Numbered from the stretch's first letter, positions 28,006 through 38,421 are shown. The stretch: 64,000 nucleotides of DNA from Terracidiphilus sp. (GCA_035504315.1 DATJSB010000280.1:2857-66856); one strand, 5' to 3'. Numbers and translations: made by a program. The notes: a model not told the origin generated them from the sequence alone.

Positions 28006-30279
28006 TTATCGCCTGATCTGCAGGGAGAGCGTGGTGGTTGCGCTCAGGCTTCCGCTGGTGCCCTTGATGGTGATGGTGTAGGTTCCGGTCCCCTGACTGC
28101 GGGGTACGGTCAGGTTGAAGTCGGTTGTGCCGGAACCGGTGACCGAAGTTGGGCTGAAGCTGTACGTGACCCCGGAGGGCACGCCGGTTGCAGAGAAGGT
28201 GACGGCCGAGTCAAATCCACCCGATGCCGTGACGGTAACGATCGCGTATCCGCTCTGGCCTTCATCGAGGTAACCCGAGGAGGGCGAGACAGAGAGGGTG
28301 AAGCTGCCCTGCGACGGCGCCGTGACGGTGAGGTTCACCGTGGTGGTTTCGATGGTTGAGCCGGAGGTGCCCGTCACCGTGATGGCGTAGGTTCCGGTGG
28401 CAACCGTAGAGGCCACGGTGATATCCATGATGGAGCTACCGGCGCCGGTGATGGAGGTCGGGTTGAAAGTGACGGAGACGCCGGAGGGTGCGCCCGAGGA
28501 GGTCAGTGCGATCGCGGAATCAAATCCGCCCGTGACGGTGCTGGTAATTGTGGACGATCCCGAGTTGCCCTGCACGATCGAGACTGCTCCCGGCGAAGCG
28601 GTCAGGCTGTATCCGGGCGTGGATGAAGCGGAGCCGGCGAGGGCGTTCAGCAAACCCGAACCGTTGGGGCTGCCCCAGCCGGTGGCGAGGTCGTATCCCG
28701 TGGTGGCGGAGTAACCGTTGCTGCCGCTGGTGATGTCGTGGAAGTCGGAGTCGTAGCTGGAGCCTTCGCCGAGGGTGTAGAGGCTCGGATTGATGAAGCC
28801 GAGTGTCTTGTTGCCATTGGCCACCGACTGCTGATTGACGAGCGCCAGGTAGCCAGCCCACAGCGGGGTGGCAAAGCTGGTGCCGCCATACTCGTTGGCG
28901 GTGCAGGCTTCCTGGTCGGCGCAGACGTAGTAAGTGAAGTTTGCGTTGGCTGAAACGTCAGGTCCATTGCGATAGGTCTTGGAGCAGCTTGAGCAGCCGG
29001 CGGCCGCCGTCGTCTGCCACGAGGGAATCGCGTACTTGTCGGGCGAGATGCCGCCACCGCCGTCAGACCAGGCCGTTTCCGAGGCCCACGGACCTGCGGC
29101 GGAGCTGGTTTCAAGATCGGTGCCGCCGACCGAGGTAATGTATACGTCGTCAGCGGGGAAGATCTCCGCTCCGGTTCCTGAGGTGGTCCACTTGCCGTCG
29201 TCGCCGGCAGCCTGGAAGAGGTTCTGGCCCTGCAGCGCGAACTCTTCAAAGTAGGGGTTGTCGGTGTTGGGGTCTGCGGGGCTCCAGGTCCACGACGAAC
29301 TCAACTGCGCGTTGAGCGGGCTGGCGGTGGCCATGGCGTTGAAGATGGCTGAGTCGGTCGAGCCAACGTACATTACCAGGCTTGAGAGTCCCGGCGCCAT
29401 GCCCAGCGCCTGCGTCATGTCGAGGGTCTGTTCGGTGTCGTCGCACTTGGGATAGGTGCAGCTGGTGCTGGTGCCGTCGGTCGAGTCAAGCGTGATGGGC
29501 ACATTGTTGGTCTGGCCGGCGTTCTTGTAGTAGGTGGTCAGGTCGGTCAAGTCGGTGCCGTAGTACTCGAGGAGTCCGAGCGACTGGCCGGTGCCGGTGA
29601 GCGAACCACCGTAGTAGGCGGCGCGCATGTCGCTGCCCAGGAACGAGGCCGACGGGCCGGAACCGGTGGTTGCGCCGGATTTTTCCTTCGATCCCGCGGG
29701 ACGCCGGTCAAGGCCTGCTGGATGAGGGATGGAGAAGTTGTCGAGGCCCGCGACGTGCCAGAGCTGGAAGGGCAGGTTGACGGTGGGCTCGCGGTCGGGG
29801 GCGTAGAAGGTGCGGTTTTCGGTCGGGTGCTGGTAGAGGTTCATGTGCACGTTGAGTGCTTTTTCAACGTTTGCTACCGTGCCTGAGACCTGCAGGTTCA
29901 CGCGGTTGCGCGAGGTAGATAGGACGGTAAGGCCGTTCTCGTGCGCAAACTCGATGAGCGTGTTGTAGTCCTCCTGGGTGGGACCGAACCGCGCTGTGAA
30001 CTCGTCGACCGTGAGGAACTTGTGATAGGAGGGGCTGTTTGAGTTGTAGAGATCGGACAACAGGCTATCTAACTCGTCCTGGTTGCGGAGCGGCAGAACC
30101 AGAACCAGACTCATGTTCTGATTCGCAGGCATCCGGCCGAGCATGGGCGCCTGGCCGTTAAGCGTGGCCTGGCGAACGTGGTGCGTAAGAACTGGCTGAA
30201 GTTGCGCGTGGCTGAAAGCGGCCGCGGCGAACAGGACCGCGGAAATGGCGAGAATTCTAGTGCTCAGTTTGCGGATCAT
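28006..30279 (-). CDS. Secreted S53 (sedolisin/kumamolisin) peptidase with prodomain and two Ser/Thr-rich Ig-like repeats
   Basis: Signal peptide; prodomain SPSYHKFLT...RFGPT; EQTLD, AAGDDG, GGTSFATP catalytic motifs; Ca-site GYDLATGWGSP. Confidence 0.92.
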   Translation of the reverse strand: MIRKLSTRILAISAVLFAAAAFSHAQLQPVLTHHVRQATLNGQAPMLGRMPANQNMSLVLVLPLRNQDELDSLLSDLYNSNSPSYHKFLTVDEFTARFGPTQEDYNTLIEFAHENGLTVLSTSRNRVNLQVSGTVANVEKALNVHMNLYQHPTENRTFYAPDREPTVNLPFQLWHVAGLDNFSIPHPAGLDRRPAGSKEKSGATTGSGPSASFLGSDMRAAYYGGSLTGTGQSLGLLEYYGTDLTDLTTYYKNAGQTNNVPITLDSTDGTSTSCTYPKCDDTEQTLDMTQALGMAPGLSSLVMYVGSTDSAIFNAMATASPLNAQLSSSWTWSPADPNTDNPYFEEFALQGQNLFQAAGDDGKWTTSGTGAEIFPADDVYITSVGGTDLETSSAAGPWASETAWSDGGGGISPDKYAIPSWQTTAAAGCSSCSKTYRNGPDVSANANFTYYVCADQEACTANEYGGTSFATPLWAGYLALVNQQSVANGNKTLGFINPSLYTLGEGSSYDSDFHDITSGSNGYSATTGYDLATGWGSPNGSGLLNALAGSASSTPGYSLTASPGAVSIVQGNSGSSTITSTVTGGFDSAIALTSSGAPSGVSVTFNPTSITGAGSSIMDITVASTVATGTYAITVTGTSGSTIETTTVNLTVTAPSQGSFTLSVSPSSGYLDEGQSGYAIVTVTASGGFDSAVTFSATGVPSGVTYSFSPTSVTGSGTTDFNLTVPRSQGTGTYTITIKGTSGSLSATTTLSLQIRR

Positions 30280-30618
30280 TCATTCTCCTTGGCGAGAGAG
30301 ATTGTGGAAAGTTGTTTTGAACGAAGGCACTGCAATCGAATAGGGATCGACTCGTCAGCTTGGGGAAGCTATATGGAGTTCGGGTTCCCATTGCACCTCT
30401 TGCGGGTGCTTGAATCAACAGTGTTCGGGGCCCGATGTTGACGAATTCTGAGGGAAAGGAGGTACAGGTGTAAAGAGAAATCAAATGTCTTTATCAACGC
30501 ATTATGAACAGGCTTCTAATGTCCAACGCGGTGGTGCGGAGAATTCTGCTTAAATCGATCGGGGAAGAATACGAACACGAAACTATGTTGCCCGAGATGA
30601 TAGCATCAAAAGTGACTG

Positions 30619-32277
30619 ATGCCTACAAATCATAAGCTCAAGATCATCCCGCTGGGCGGGGTGGGCGAGTTCGGGATGAACTGCCTGGCCCTGCGCTGGG
30701 AAGACGACATTATTGTGATCGACGCCGGCCTGATGTTCCCTGAAACGGAACTGCTGGGAGTGGATATTGTCGTCCCCGACATCAGCTACCTGATTGAAAA
30801 CAAGCAGCATGTGCGGGCCATTCTGCTTACTCACGGCCACGAGGACCACATCGGGGGCCTGCCGTGGATTCTGAACGAGCTGAAGGTGCCGGTGTACGCT
30901 ACCGAGTTTACGCTGGCCTATGTTGAGGACAAGCTCGAAGAGCATTCGCTGCTGGACGACACCGAGCTGATTGAGATCTCACCCAAAGAGAAGTTCACCA
31001 TCGGGCCCTTCACCATCGAGCCCATCCGCGTGACGCACTCGATGGCCGATTGCGTGGCGCTGGCCATCGATACGCCGGTGGGGGTGATCATTCACACCGG
31101 TGATTTCAAGGTGGATCTGTCGCCGCTGGACGACAAGGCCTTCGACCTGCACACCTTTGCTGAGTACGGCAAGCGCGGCGTTCTGTGCCTCTTGCAGGAC
31201 TCGACGAATGTAGAGCGCACCGGCTACACGCCCAGCGAGCGGGCCGTGATTCCGCGTCTAGACGAAGTTTTCTCGCGCACCAAAAAGAAGTTGTTCTTCA
31301 GCTGCTTCTCATCGTCGGTCTACCGCATCCGCATTGCGCTTGAACTGGCGCGCGCCCATGGCCGGAAGGTTGCGGTCATCGGCCGTTCGATGACCGAGAG
31401 CACTGAGATTGCGCAGGACCTGGGCTACATCGAAATTCCGCCGGGGCTCATTATCAATCCCGGCCAGCTGCGCGACTTTTCGCCGGAGCAGTTGATGATC
31501 CTGATCAGCGGCACGCAGGGCGAGCCCATGAGCGCGCTGAGCCGCGCGGCGGTGGATAACCACAAGCACGCGCGCATCGAGGCCGGCGATACCGTAGTGC
31601 TGAGCTCGCGCATCATTCCCGGCAACGAGAAGAACATTCATCGCGTGATCGACCACCTGAACCGGCGCGAGGCCGACGTGATCTGCGACGACGGCTCGAG
31701 CGGACTGATCCACGTGAGCGGCCACGGCAGCCAGGAGGAGTTGCGGCTCATCATCAACCTGGTGCGGCCCAAGTTCTTCATTCCCATTCATGGCGACTAC
31801 CGTTTTCTGCGCAGGCACGCAAAGATCGCGATGGAGACCGGAGCGGTGGAGCACGCCATGGTGATTGAGGACGGCGATGTGCTGGAACTCGACCGGGACG
31901 ACGCGCGCAAGAAGGAGAAAGTGACTGCTGGCCGGATTCTCATCGACTCCGGATCGTCGATCGATGTGGTCGAGGACCTGGTGATCCGCGACCGGCGAAT
32001 CCTCTCTGAAGATGGCGTGGTGCTGGCGGTTCTGGCCATCAATAAGAAATCCGGCAAGGTGGAACGCGAGCCTGAGGTGCTGATGCGCGGCTTTGGCGGC
32101 GCAGATATTACCGACCAGGCGCGCGAAACGGTGTTGAAGACGCTGGATGGACTGAGCCCAGAGCAGAAGAGCGACTACGGGATGGTGAATGAGAAGGTGC
32201 GCGTGGAGCTCAAACGGCTGATCCAAAAGTCGACCGGGCGCCGGCCCATGATCATGCCGGTGATATTGGAGATCTGA
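30619..32277 (+). CDS. rnj: Ribonuclease J
   Basis: IPLGGVGEFGMN, THGHEDHIG, HTGDFK, GTQGEP, HVSGH, PIHGD motifs; 552 aa. Confidence 0.95.
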   Translation: MPTNHKLKIIPLGGVGEFGMNCLALRWEDDIIVIDAGLMFPETELLGVDIVVPDISYLIENKQHVRAILLTHGHEDHIGGLPWILNELKVPVYATEFTLAYVEDKLEEHSLLDDTELIEISPKEKFTIGPFTIEPIRVTHSMADCVALAIDTPVGVIIHTGDFKVDLSPLDDKAFDLHTFAEYGKRGVLCLLQDSTNVERTGYTPSERAVIPRLDEVFSRTKKKLFFSCFSSSVYRIRIALELARAHGRKVAVIGRSMTESTEIAQDLGYIEIPPGLIINPGQLRDFSPEQLMILISGTQGEPMSALSRAAVDNHKHARIEAGDTVVLSSRIIPGNEKNIHRVIDHLNRREADVICDDGSSGLIHVSGHGSQEELRLIINLVRPKFFIPIHGDYRFLRRHAKIAMETGAVEHAMVIEDGDVLELDRDDARKKEKVTAGRILIDSGSSIDVVEDLVIRDRRILSEDGVVLAVLAINKKSGKVEREPEVLMRGFGGADITDQARETVLKTLDGLSPEQKSDYGMVNEKVRVELKRLIQKSTGRRPMIMPVILEI

Positions 32278-32301
32278 GAGAACAGAGAAAAGGGAACAGG
32301 G

Positions 32302-32338
32302 AAAAAGGGCGGGGTCCTTTTCGGGACCGCCCCTTTTT
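32302..32338. terminator. Probable bidirectional intrinsic terminator
   Basis: AAAAAGGGCGGGGTCC-TTTTCG-GGACCGCCCCTTTTT between convergent genes. Confidence 0.7.
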
Positions 32339-32382
32339 ATTGGTCGCCGTTCGAGCAGTGGCCGCTACCGCGGGATCGGGCT

Positions 32383-32856
32383 TTATGCCGCAGTGTGATG
32401 AGCCGCCGGCCGCGCGGCGTGATGGGCAAGGCTGTGCTTCGCCGCGTGCGGAATGGTGCGCTTCAGAATGAAAACCTCGCCGAGCGAGAGCCAGACGTTG
32501 CCTTCAAGGTCGAGGTACCCGGCCTTGTATTCCTTGCACAGTGCACGCGCTTCATCTGATATGTGCGGAGCGATAATCACCGGCGTTACCGGTGCATGGG
32601 CGCGCGCAGTGCTCCTGCACAACTCTTCGAGGAGCGGGCGCAGATGTGAGGGCCGGTCGTCGGTCGCTACCTTACAGGCCAGTGTGTGGTGGTGGCCGTA
32701 CACATCCACGCTGGCGGTGAATGCGTAGGCCGATCCCGCCCCGGGTGATGGGTGCACAATCTCACGCACCTTTGCGCCGGACACGTCTGCCAGTGCTGCC
32801 CGCAGTGCTTCAGCAGCCCTGATCAACAATTCCTGTATTATGCCGATCGTTTTCAT
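32383..32856 (-). CDS. Hypothetical protein resembling the N-terminal domain of AbiEi-type (AbiEi_2) antitoxins
   Basis: PVIIAPHISDEARALCKEYKAGYLDLEGNVWLSLGEVFI pattern; RBS GGAGG; the family call is by eye. Confidence 0.55.
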   Translation of the reverse strand: MKTIGIIQELLIRAAEALRAALADVSGAKVREIVHPSPGAGSAYAFTASVDVYGHHHTLACKVATDDRPSHLRPLLEELCRSTARAHAPVTPVIIAPHISDEARALCKEYKAGYLDLEGNVWLSLGEVFILKRTIPHAAKHSLAHHAARPAAHHTAA

Positions 32857-32950
32857 CTTCTTCCTCCGCAGCGCCTGCGCTGCAGCCAGCGTGCCGAGCC
32901 AGTTGCCATCGCGCGGCGAGTCGCCCTGCGTAATTCAATTGGTAAGGGCT

Positions 32951-33331
32951 TCAGGCCGCCGCACCGGTCTCCAGGTTTTCAAGTTCGAACTCCAGGTCCT
33001 CCAGCTCCGCTGCAATGGGGTGCAGGTTCGCATCAGGATTGTCAAATCCCAGAACGAACGATCCTTCCCCGGCTGGAATCATGTAGAGAGGCATGGAACC
33101 CCGGCAATTGCTACCCTTGGCCTGTTTTGACTCCAGCCACAGGCAGAGCCGGGGGTCGTGAATCTCCGGTTCGTCATCCCAGAAACGCGCCGTTAATCCG
33201 CAGCGGATCAGCAGATGATCGAGTTGCAGGTTGATGGATTTGATTCCTCTGGGAAAGTATTGGCGAGCGTTGTTTTCGCCAACATAGAGACCGGTGACCC
33301 GGTTTCCGTGGCATTTGGATTTAACCACCAT
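32951..33331 (-). CDS. Hypothetical protein (126 aa)
   Basis: RBS GGAG, globular composition (GLYVG..N...YFP, LQLDHL, EIHDPRLCLWLE), ECF-like promoter directly upstream. Confidence 0.7.
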   Translation of the reverse strand: MVVKSKCHGNRVTGLYVGENNARQYFPRGIKSINLQLDHLLIRCGLTARFWDDEPEIHDPRLCLWLESKQAKGSNCRGSMPLYMIPAGEGSFVLGFDNPDANLHPIAAELEDLEFELENLETGAAA

Positions 33332-33353
33332 AAGTTCGCTCCGTTCTTAATGT

Positions 33354-33378
33354 GACGCTGAAGAAGGCGACGAGTTCC
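33354..33378 (-). promoter_or_regulatory. Putative ECF sigma promoter
   Basis: GGAAC-N16-CGTC about 23 nt upstream of the ATG at 33331. Confidence 0.5.
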
Positions 33379-33888
33379 GCTCCACACGCGCCTAAATTAT
33401 TCAATGTGCCGAAGATCGCGAGCAGGTCCGGCAGAAGGCGATCAGGCATGCTTCACAGGCCAATAACAGCGAAGCCGGAGAGCAACTGTGCTGGGAGAAT
33501 TCGCCGTAGCCGCTCGAAAGACTGGCTAGGGCGCGAATCCCGGCATATTCCGTTTCCGGAATCACTGGCTGGTGGCGCGTGGCTCAGAATTTGGCGAGCG
33601 CGTGAACGAGCCGGTTTGTGCCCCGGCTCTGACTATCTGGGAACGCGCGCCTGCCTAAAAGCTCTGGGGAGTCAGCCCTTCAAGCAATCGGCACGATGCC
33701 GAAACCATTGTTGGACGACGCTCGACTTCGCCAACATCCTCGTAAGTGCTTTGAGGCTCTCCGCTTCCTGACCCTTCGGATGCAAAACTCGAGCATTGAA
33801 AATGCTTTGCATCCCGGCCATCAGCCGCCCAGGCCAGAAGCGGCGCCACCGTTGGAAATCAGCGGAAAAAACCGCACCATCTGGCCCG

Positions 33889-33917
33889 ATAGTGATCCAC
33901 ATTGAATGCGAAGTCAA
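33889..33917 (-). promoter_or_regulatory. Possible sigma-70 promoter reading into the structured intergenic region
   Basis: TTGACT-N17-CACTAT; the -10 is a weak match. Confidence 0.35.
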
Positions 33918-33999
33918 GAGCGGGAAGATGAAATTTGCGCGTCGCCGACAAAATTCCAGCGGGGCGAAACCGCAACTGCGCGGGAGCTGGAGGTGAATC

Positions 34000-34773
34000 T
34001 CAGGCGCGGCTGCGGGTCCGTTTCGATGGCTCGTCAGAGAAAATCTGCCCGTCGCGAATGTGCACGACGCGATGCGCGAACTCGGCGATGTCGGCCTCAT
34101 GCGTCACCAGCACGATGGTATTGCCTTGGGCGTGAAGCTGATCGAAGAGCGCCATGATTTCGAGACCAGTCTTCGAGTCAAGGTTGCCGGTGGGCTCGTC
34201 GGCGAGGATGATCGAGGGGTTGTTCACCAGCGCTCGGGCGACGGCTACGCGCTGGCGCTGGCCGCCTGAGAGCTCGTTGGGCTTGTGCATCATGCGCGAC
34301 TCGAGGCCCACCGAAGCCAGCGCCTGTTTGGCCTTTTCGATGCGCGCCACTGCCGGTGTGCCGTTGTAGATCAGCGGCAGCTCAACGTTGTGCAGTGAAG
34401 TGGCCCTGGCCAGCAGGTTGAAGGTCTGGAAGACAAAGCCGATCTCTTTGTTCCGGATGCGAGCCAGCTGGTCGTCGTCGAGTTCGCTCACCAGTTGACC
34501 GTTCAACCAGTATTTGCCCTTGGACGGCGTGTCGAGACAGCCGATCAGGTTCATCAGGGTGCTCTTGCCCGATCCCGACGGACCCATGATGGCCACGTAC
34601 TCGTTATGGCGGATGCGCAGCGAGACGCCGCGCAGAGCCTGTACCTGTTGCTCCGATCCCATGTCGTAGGTGCGCCACAGGTCTTCCACCACGATGACGT
34701 CGTCGGTGTGTACAGTGTCAACTTCGGCGGCAATTTCGGTCATCATGCTATTCAGGGCCATCCATCCATCCAT
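34000..34773 (-). CDS. ABC transporter ATP-binding protein (MacB/LolD-like)
   Basis: [32 protein letters not shown]. Confidence 0.95.
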   Translation of the reverse strand: MDGWMALNSMMTEIAAEVDTVHTDDVIVVEDLWRTYDMGSEQQVQALRGVSLRIRHNEYVAIMGPSGSGKSTLMNLIGCLDTPSKGKYWLNGQLVSELDDDQLARIRNKEIGFVFQTFNLLARATSLHNVELPLIYNGTPAVARIEKAKQALASVGLESRMMHKPNELSGGQRQRVAVARALVNNPSIILADEPTGNLDSKTGLEIMALFDQLHAQGNTIVLVTHEADIAEFAHRVVHIRDGQIFSDEPSKRTRSRA

Positions 34774-34865
34774 CCTTTTGACTGCACAATCCTTGCCGAA
34801 CTACACATTATTTGTCCGAAGCCCGCAATCTGGGGTTGCGCCGGCCATCGGATTCGTGTCGCCCC

Positions 34866-36260
34866 TTACGAGCTGCTGCTGGTCGAAAACGAAATCGGCT
34901 TTACCGTATCCCGTTTCAAAAGCGAGCCGTTCTTGAGGATCCGCAGCGTCTTGTAGGGACCGGACACAATCTCCGCCCCCGGGGGCGGTCCTTTTAGAAC
35001 CTCAATGTCGGTTGCTCCGGTAATGCCGGTCGTAACCGGAACGAACTTGGCCCGCAGCTTTCCACGCCCATCCTTCTCTACCACAAATACACCCTGGACC
35101 GGATTCGGTTTGGCTAGTCCACCGGGAGAGGTCGATGCGGCCTGCACCGTGCCCGAGCTCTTTTTGGAGTCCTGAGAGGGATCGTACATGGTGAGCGCCT
35201 GGATGGGCAGCGAAGCCACATTCGACTTGTGCGCGGTGGTGATTTTGGCCGTGCATGAGAGTCCCGGCCGCATCTCGCTCAAATCCTGGTTGGAGTTGAG
35301 CGTTACCACCACCTTGAAGTCCTTTGCCTCTTCGGTGCCGGTGGTCGAGGTCGAGGTAGCCTGACCGGTGGAGCGCAGCAGAGCCTGGTCGCCCACCAGC
35401 GTCACCGTTCCTTTGAAAGTTTTGCCCGGCAGCGCATCGACCGTCACTTCCGCCGACTGCCCAAGCTGGACGGCCGGAATGTCAGTTTCGTCCACCTTGA
35501 CCTCGGCAGTGATCACGCTCATGTCCGCCAGGGTCATCAGTGTTGAGCCCTCGGTGTTCTGAATGCCCTCGACCACGGTTTCGCCTTCACGCACGGGTTC
35601 GTTGGTCACAATCCCGTCGAACGGCGCCGTCGCAATGGTCCGGGAAAGCAGGTCCTGGTTTACCTGCAGATCGGCTTGCTGGGTTTGCAGGTGACCGCGC
35701 GCCGAATCGGTATTAGCCTTGGCCTGGTTGAGCGTGGCAATGGCGTGGTCGACGTTGGCTACGTCGGTGTCGTAAGCGGCCTTTTTGGCGTCGTAGTCCT
35801 GCTTGGCCATAATTCCGTCGTGGTAGAGCGCCTGGGCCCGCTGCCAATCGAATTTCTTTTGTTCGAGGTCGGCCCTGGCCTGCTCGACGCCGGCCTGCGC
35901 CGTCTTTTCTGCCGCGATGTACGACAGGATGTCAGTCTTAGCGGCCGCAATGGCTGCCTCCTGCCCGTTCACGTTCGCCTGCTGCTGCACATTTTCGATG
36001 GTGGCTACGGTCTCGCCCTTGGTTACCCGGTCGCCTTCCTTCACGAATAGGTGGGTTACCCGGCCCATGGCTGTGGCGCCCACGTTTACAAATGTTTTTG
36101 GCCTGATCTGCCCCGTGCCGCTCACCAGGGTCGTCAGATCCTCCCGCACCACCGAAGCGGTAACCACCTTGGTGTAGCCCGACTGCTGGCGGACGACCAT
36201 CGTCACGACCAGGACAACAGCAACTATTACTCCCAATACGATCAGCAGAATCTTTTTCAT
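34866..36260 (-). CDS. Efflux periplasmic adaptor (MacA-like)
   Basis: N-terminal TM, VKEGDRVTKG, coiled coil, APFDGIV, VDETDI..VQLGQ, MRPGLS. Confidence 0.92.
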   Translation of the reverse strand: MKKILLIVLGVIVAVVLVVTMVVRQQSGYTKVVTASVVREDLTTLVSGTGQIRPKTFVNVGATAMGRVTHLFVKEGDRVTKGETVATIENVQQQANVNGQEAAIAAAKTDILSYIAAEKTAQAGVEQARADLEQKKFDWQRAQALYHDGIMAKQDYDAKKAAYDTDVANVDHAIATLNQAKANTDSARGHLQTQQADLQVNQDLLSRTIATAPFDGIVTNEPVREGETVVEGIQNTEGSTLMTLADMSVITAEVKVDETDIPAVQLGQSAEVTVDALPGKTFKGTVTLVGDQALLRSTGQATSTSTTGTEEAKDFKVVVTLNSNQDLSEMRPGLSCTAKITTAHKSNVASLPIQALTMYDPSQDSKKSSGTVQAASTSPGGLAKPNPVQGVFVVEKDGRGKLRAKFVPVTTGITGATDIEVLKGPPPGAEIVSGPYKTLRILKNGSLLKRDTVKPISFSTSSSS

Positions 36261-36294
36261 GGGCGTTCTATTGACGAGGCTCCTTAGTCAAGTG

Positions 36295-36320
36295 TACGCA
36301 AGTCCCCTTTGGGTGGTTCC
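36295..36320 (-). promoter_or_regulatory. Putative ECF sigma promoter
   Basis: GGAAC-N17-CGTA upstream of the adaptor gene. Confidence 0.5.
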
Positions 36321-36628
36321 ATCCGGGTAGGTCAGAGTTTCCTGATTCTAAGGACGATTGAGGCAGGCATTTGGTTTGACGGGAGTGGCTTAAGGAACGT
36401 TTGCGAGTGCCACCAAGTATCCCCAGCGATGGTCTGCAGTGTCCGGATTCAGAGGCAGACGATTGGATTCAGAGGGTAAAAGACTGCCGCGCCGGGGCTG
36501 TCCGGTGGTGTGATTCTATGGTTTTTCCTTCCGAGACCGGCGTTGACTTCGCCGGGCGGCAAGCGTCTAACCGCCAGACAAGCGTTCAGAGCCTGCCGGC
36601 ACCAGGGTCATTTACAGGCTCTGCAGCC

Positions 36629-36657
36629 TTGCCCCGCGCTTCTCGGACCCGTAGAAT
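36629..36657 (+). promoter_or_regulatory. Putative sigma-70 promoter
   Basis: TTGCCC-N17-TAGAAT followed by AGGAG RBS and ATG at 36685. Confidence 0.55.
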
Positions 36658-36684
36658 AAGGGATCGCAGGAGTTTGTAAAGGCT

Positions 36685-38421
36685 ATGACGTTCAGCAGTC
36701 GCCGTTTTCTTGTTTCGGTCGTGGGTTGCGGGGTAATTTGCCTGCCGGCAGCCGTTGCTTTTGCCCGCCAGGCTGCCGCGGCGGCGCAGCCACAAGCGCA
36801 GCCCGCCAGCAGTACTGACCAGGACCAGGAACAGGATCCGCTTAAGCGGCAGATGTCTCCGCATGAGCGTTACAAGGCGCAGAAAGAGCTACGCCAGGAG
36901 TTGAAAGGGACCTACAAGGTCTGGCTCAACGAGGAAGTTCCTTACATCATCACCGACGATGAGAGGAAAGCCTTCCTGAGCCTCAGTAACGACGAAGAGC
37001 GGGACGCATTCATCGAGGCCTTCTGGCAGCGCCGCAATCCCAATCCGGATTCCCCTGAAAACGAGTACCGCGAAGAGCATTACCGCCGCATTGCTTACGC
37101 CAACGAGCACTTTGCCGCCGGCAAACCCGGATGGAAGACCGACCGCGGGCACATCTATATCGCATTCGGACCGCCGGACAGTATCGACTCCCATCCCTCG
37201 GGCGGGACCTATGAGCGGCCGATGGACGAAGGCGGCGGCGAAACCTCGACCTTCCCGTTCGAGACCTGGCACTACCGTTATCTCGAAGGCATCGGCGAAA
37301 ACATCGACATCGAATTCGTCGACACCTGCATGTGCGGCGACTATCACTTTACGATCGATCGTGCGGAGAAGGACGCTCTGCTGCACGTTCCCGGCGCCGG
37401 CCTCACCCAGTGGGAGCAAATGAACAAGGGCGACAAGACCGACCGCTTCAAGGGAGGCATGGAGGAGCTGGGACAGGGGCCGGACAGCAGCGGCAACCAG
37501 GGCAAGGAGTTTGACCGTATCGAATTGGCCGCAAAGCTGTTCGCGCCGCCCCCGATCAAGTTCAAGGATCTGGATGCTCTCACCGAGACTCACATCCTGA
37601 ACGGCCCGCCGTTTCCGTTCGACGTCCGCACCGACTTTGTGAAGGTCACTGACAACACCGACCTGGTTCCGATCACAATTCAGATCAGAAACCGCGACAT
37701 CACTTTCCAGACCAAGGACGGTGTTTCAGTGGGGAAGGTGAATATCCTCGGCAAGGTCACCACCATCATGCACAAAACCGTGCAGACCTTCGAAGATACG
37801 GTGGAGGTGAGCGAGCCATCGGAGCTGCTCGAGAAAGCGCTCGACCGCGATTACGTTTACTGGAAGGCGTTGCCGTTGCAACCCGGGCTCTACCGGCTCG
37901 ATATCGCCATCAAGGACGTGAACAACCCCGACCACCTTGGGCTCTACGGCCACAGCCTCAACGTGCCCATCTATGACGACGAAAAACTGGGCACCTCGTC
38001 GCTGATCCTGGCCGACAAGATGAACCCGGTTTCGTCCCGCGACATCGGCAGCGGCAGCTTCGTCATCGGCAATACCTACGTGCGCCCGCGAGTGTCTACC
38101 AGCCCGGCCAACCCGGTGACATTCAATCGCAAGCAGGACCTGAGCTTCTGGATGCAGGTTTACAACCTGGGAATTGACGACAACACCAAGAGTAACTCCG
38201 CGAAGGTTACCTACCAGATCAGCGACGCCGCGACGGGCGTTGTGATTTTGGAGAAAGATTTGGAGTCAAAGGATTTAGGAGCGCACAGCGATCAGCTTAC
38301 CGTCGAAAAGTCCCTGCCCCTGGCCGGACTGCCGCCGGGCAAATACAAAGTCACGGTGAAGATAAATGACGCCATCTCAAAACAAGAGATTGCGCAATCG
38401 GCTCCTTTTGTCGTCGAATAG
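36685..38421 (+). CDS. GWxTD domain-containing exported protein
   Basis: WLNEEVPYII, FIEAFWQRRNP, EHYRRIAYANEHF, GWKTDRGHIYI..GPPD; signal peptide; C-terminal Ig-like domains. Confidence 0.92.
   Translation: MTFSSRRFLVSVVGCGVICLPAAVAFARQAAAAAQPQAQPASSTDQDQEQDPLKRQMSPHERYKAQKELRQELKGTYKVWLNEEVPYIITDDERKAFLSLSNDEERDAFIEAFWQRRNPNPDSPENEYREEHYRRIAYANEHFAAGKPGWKTDRGHIYIAFGPPDSIDSHPSGGTYERPMDEGGGETSTFPFETWHYRYLEGIGENIDIEFVDTCMCGDYHFTIDRAEKDALLHVPGAGLTQWEQMNKGDKTDRFKGGMEELGQGPDSSGNQGKEFDRIELAAKLFAPPPIKFKDLDALTETHILNGPPFPFDVRTDFVKVTDNTDLVPITIQIRNRDITFQTKDGVSVGKVNILGKVTTIMHKTVQTFEDTVEVSEPSELLEKALDRDYVYWKALPLQPGLYRLDIAIKDVNNPDHLGLYGHSLNVPIYDDEKLGTSSLILADKMNPVSSRDIGSGSFVIGNTYVRPRVSTSPANPVTFNRKQDLSFWMQVYNLGIDDNTKSNSAKVTYQISDAATGVVILEKDLESKDLGAHSDQLTVEKSLPLAGLPPGKYKVTVKINDAISKQEIAQSAPFVVE

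Noticed and set aside
33672-33849. Small minus-strand ORFs in the structured intergenic region
   Set aside because: No clear RBS or protein-like features; they cannot be supported without conservation data.
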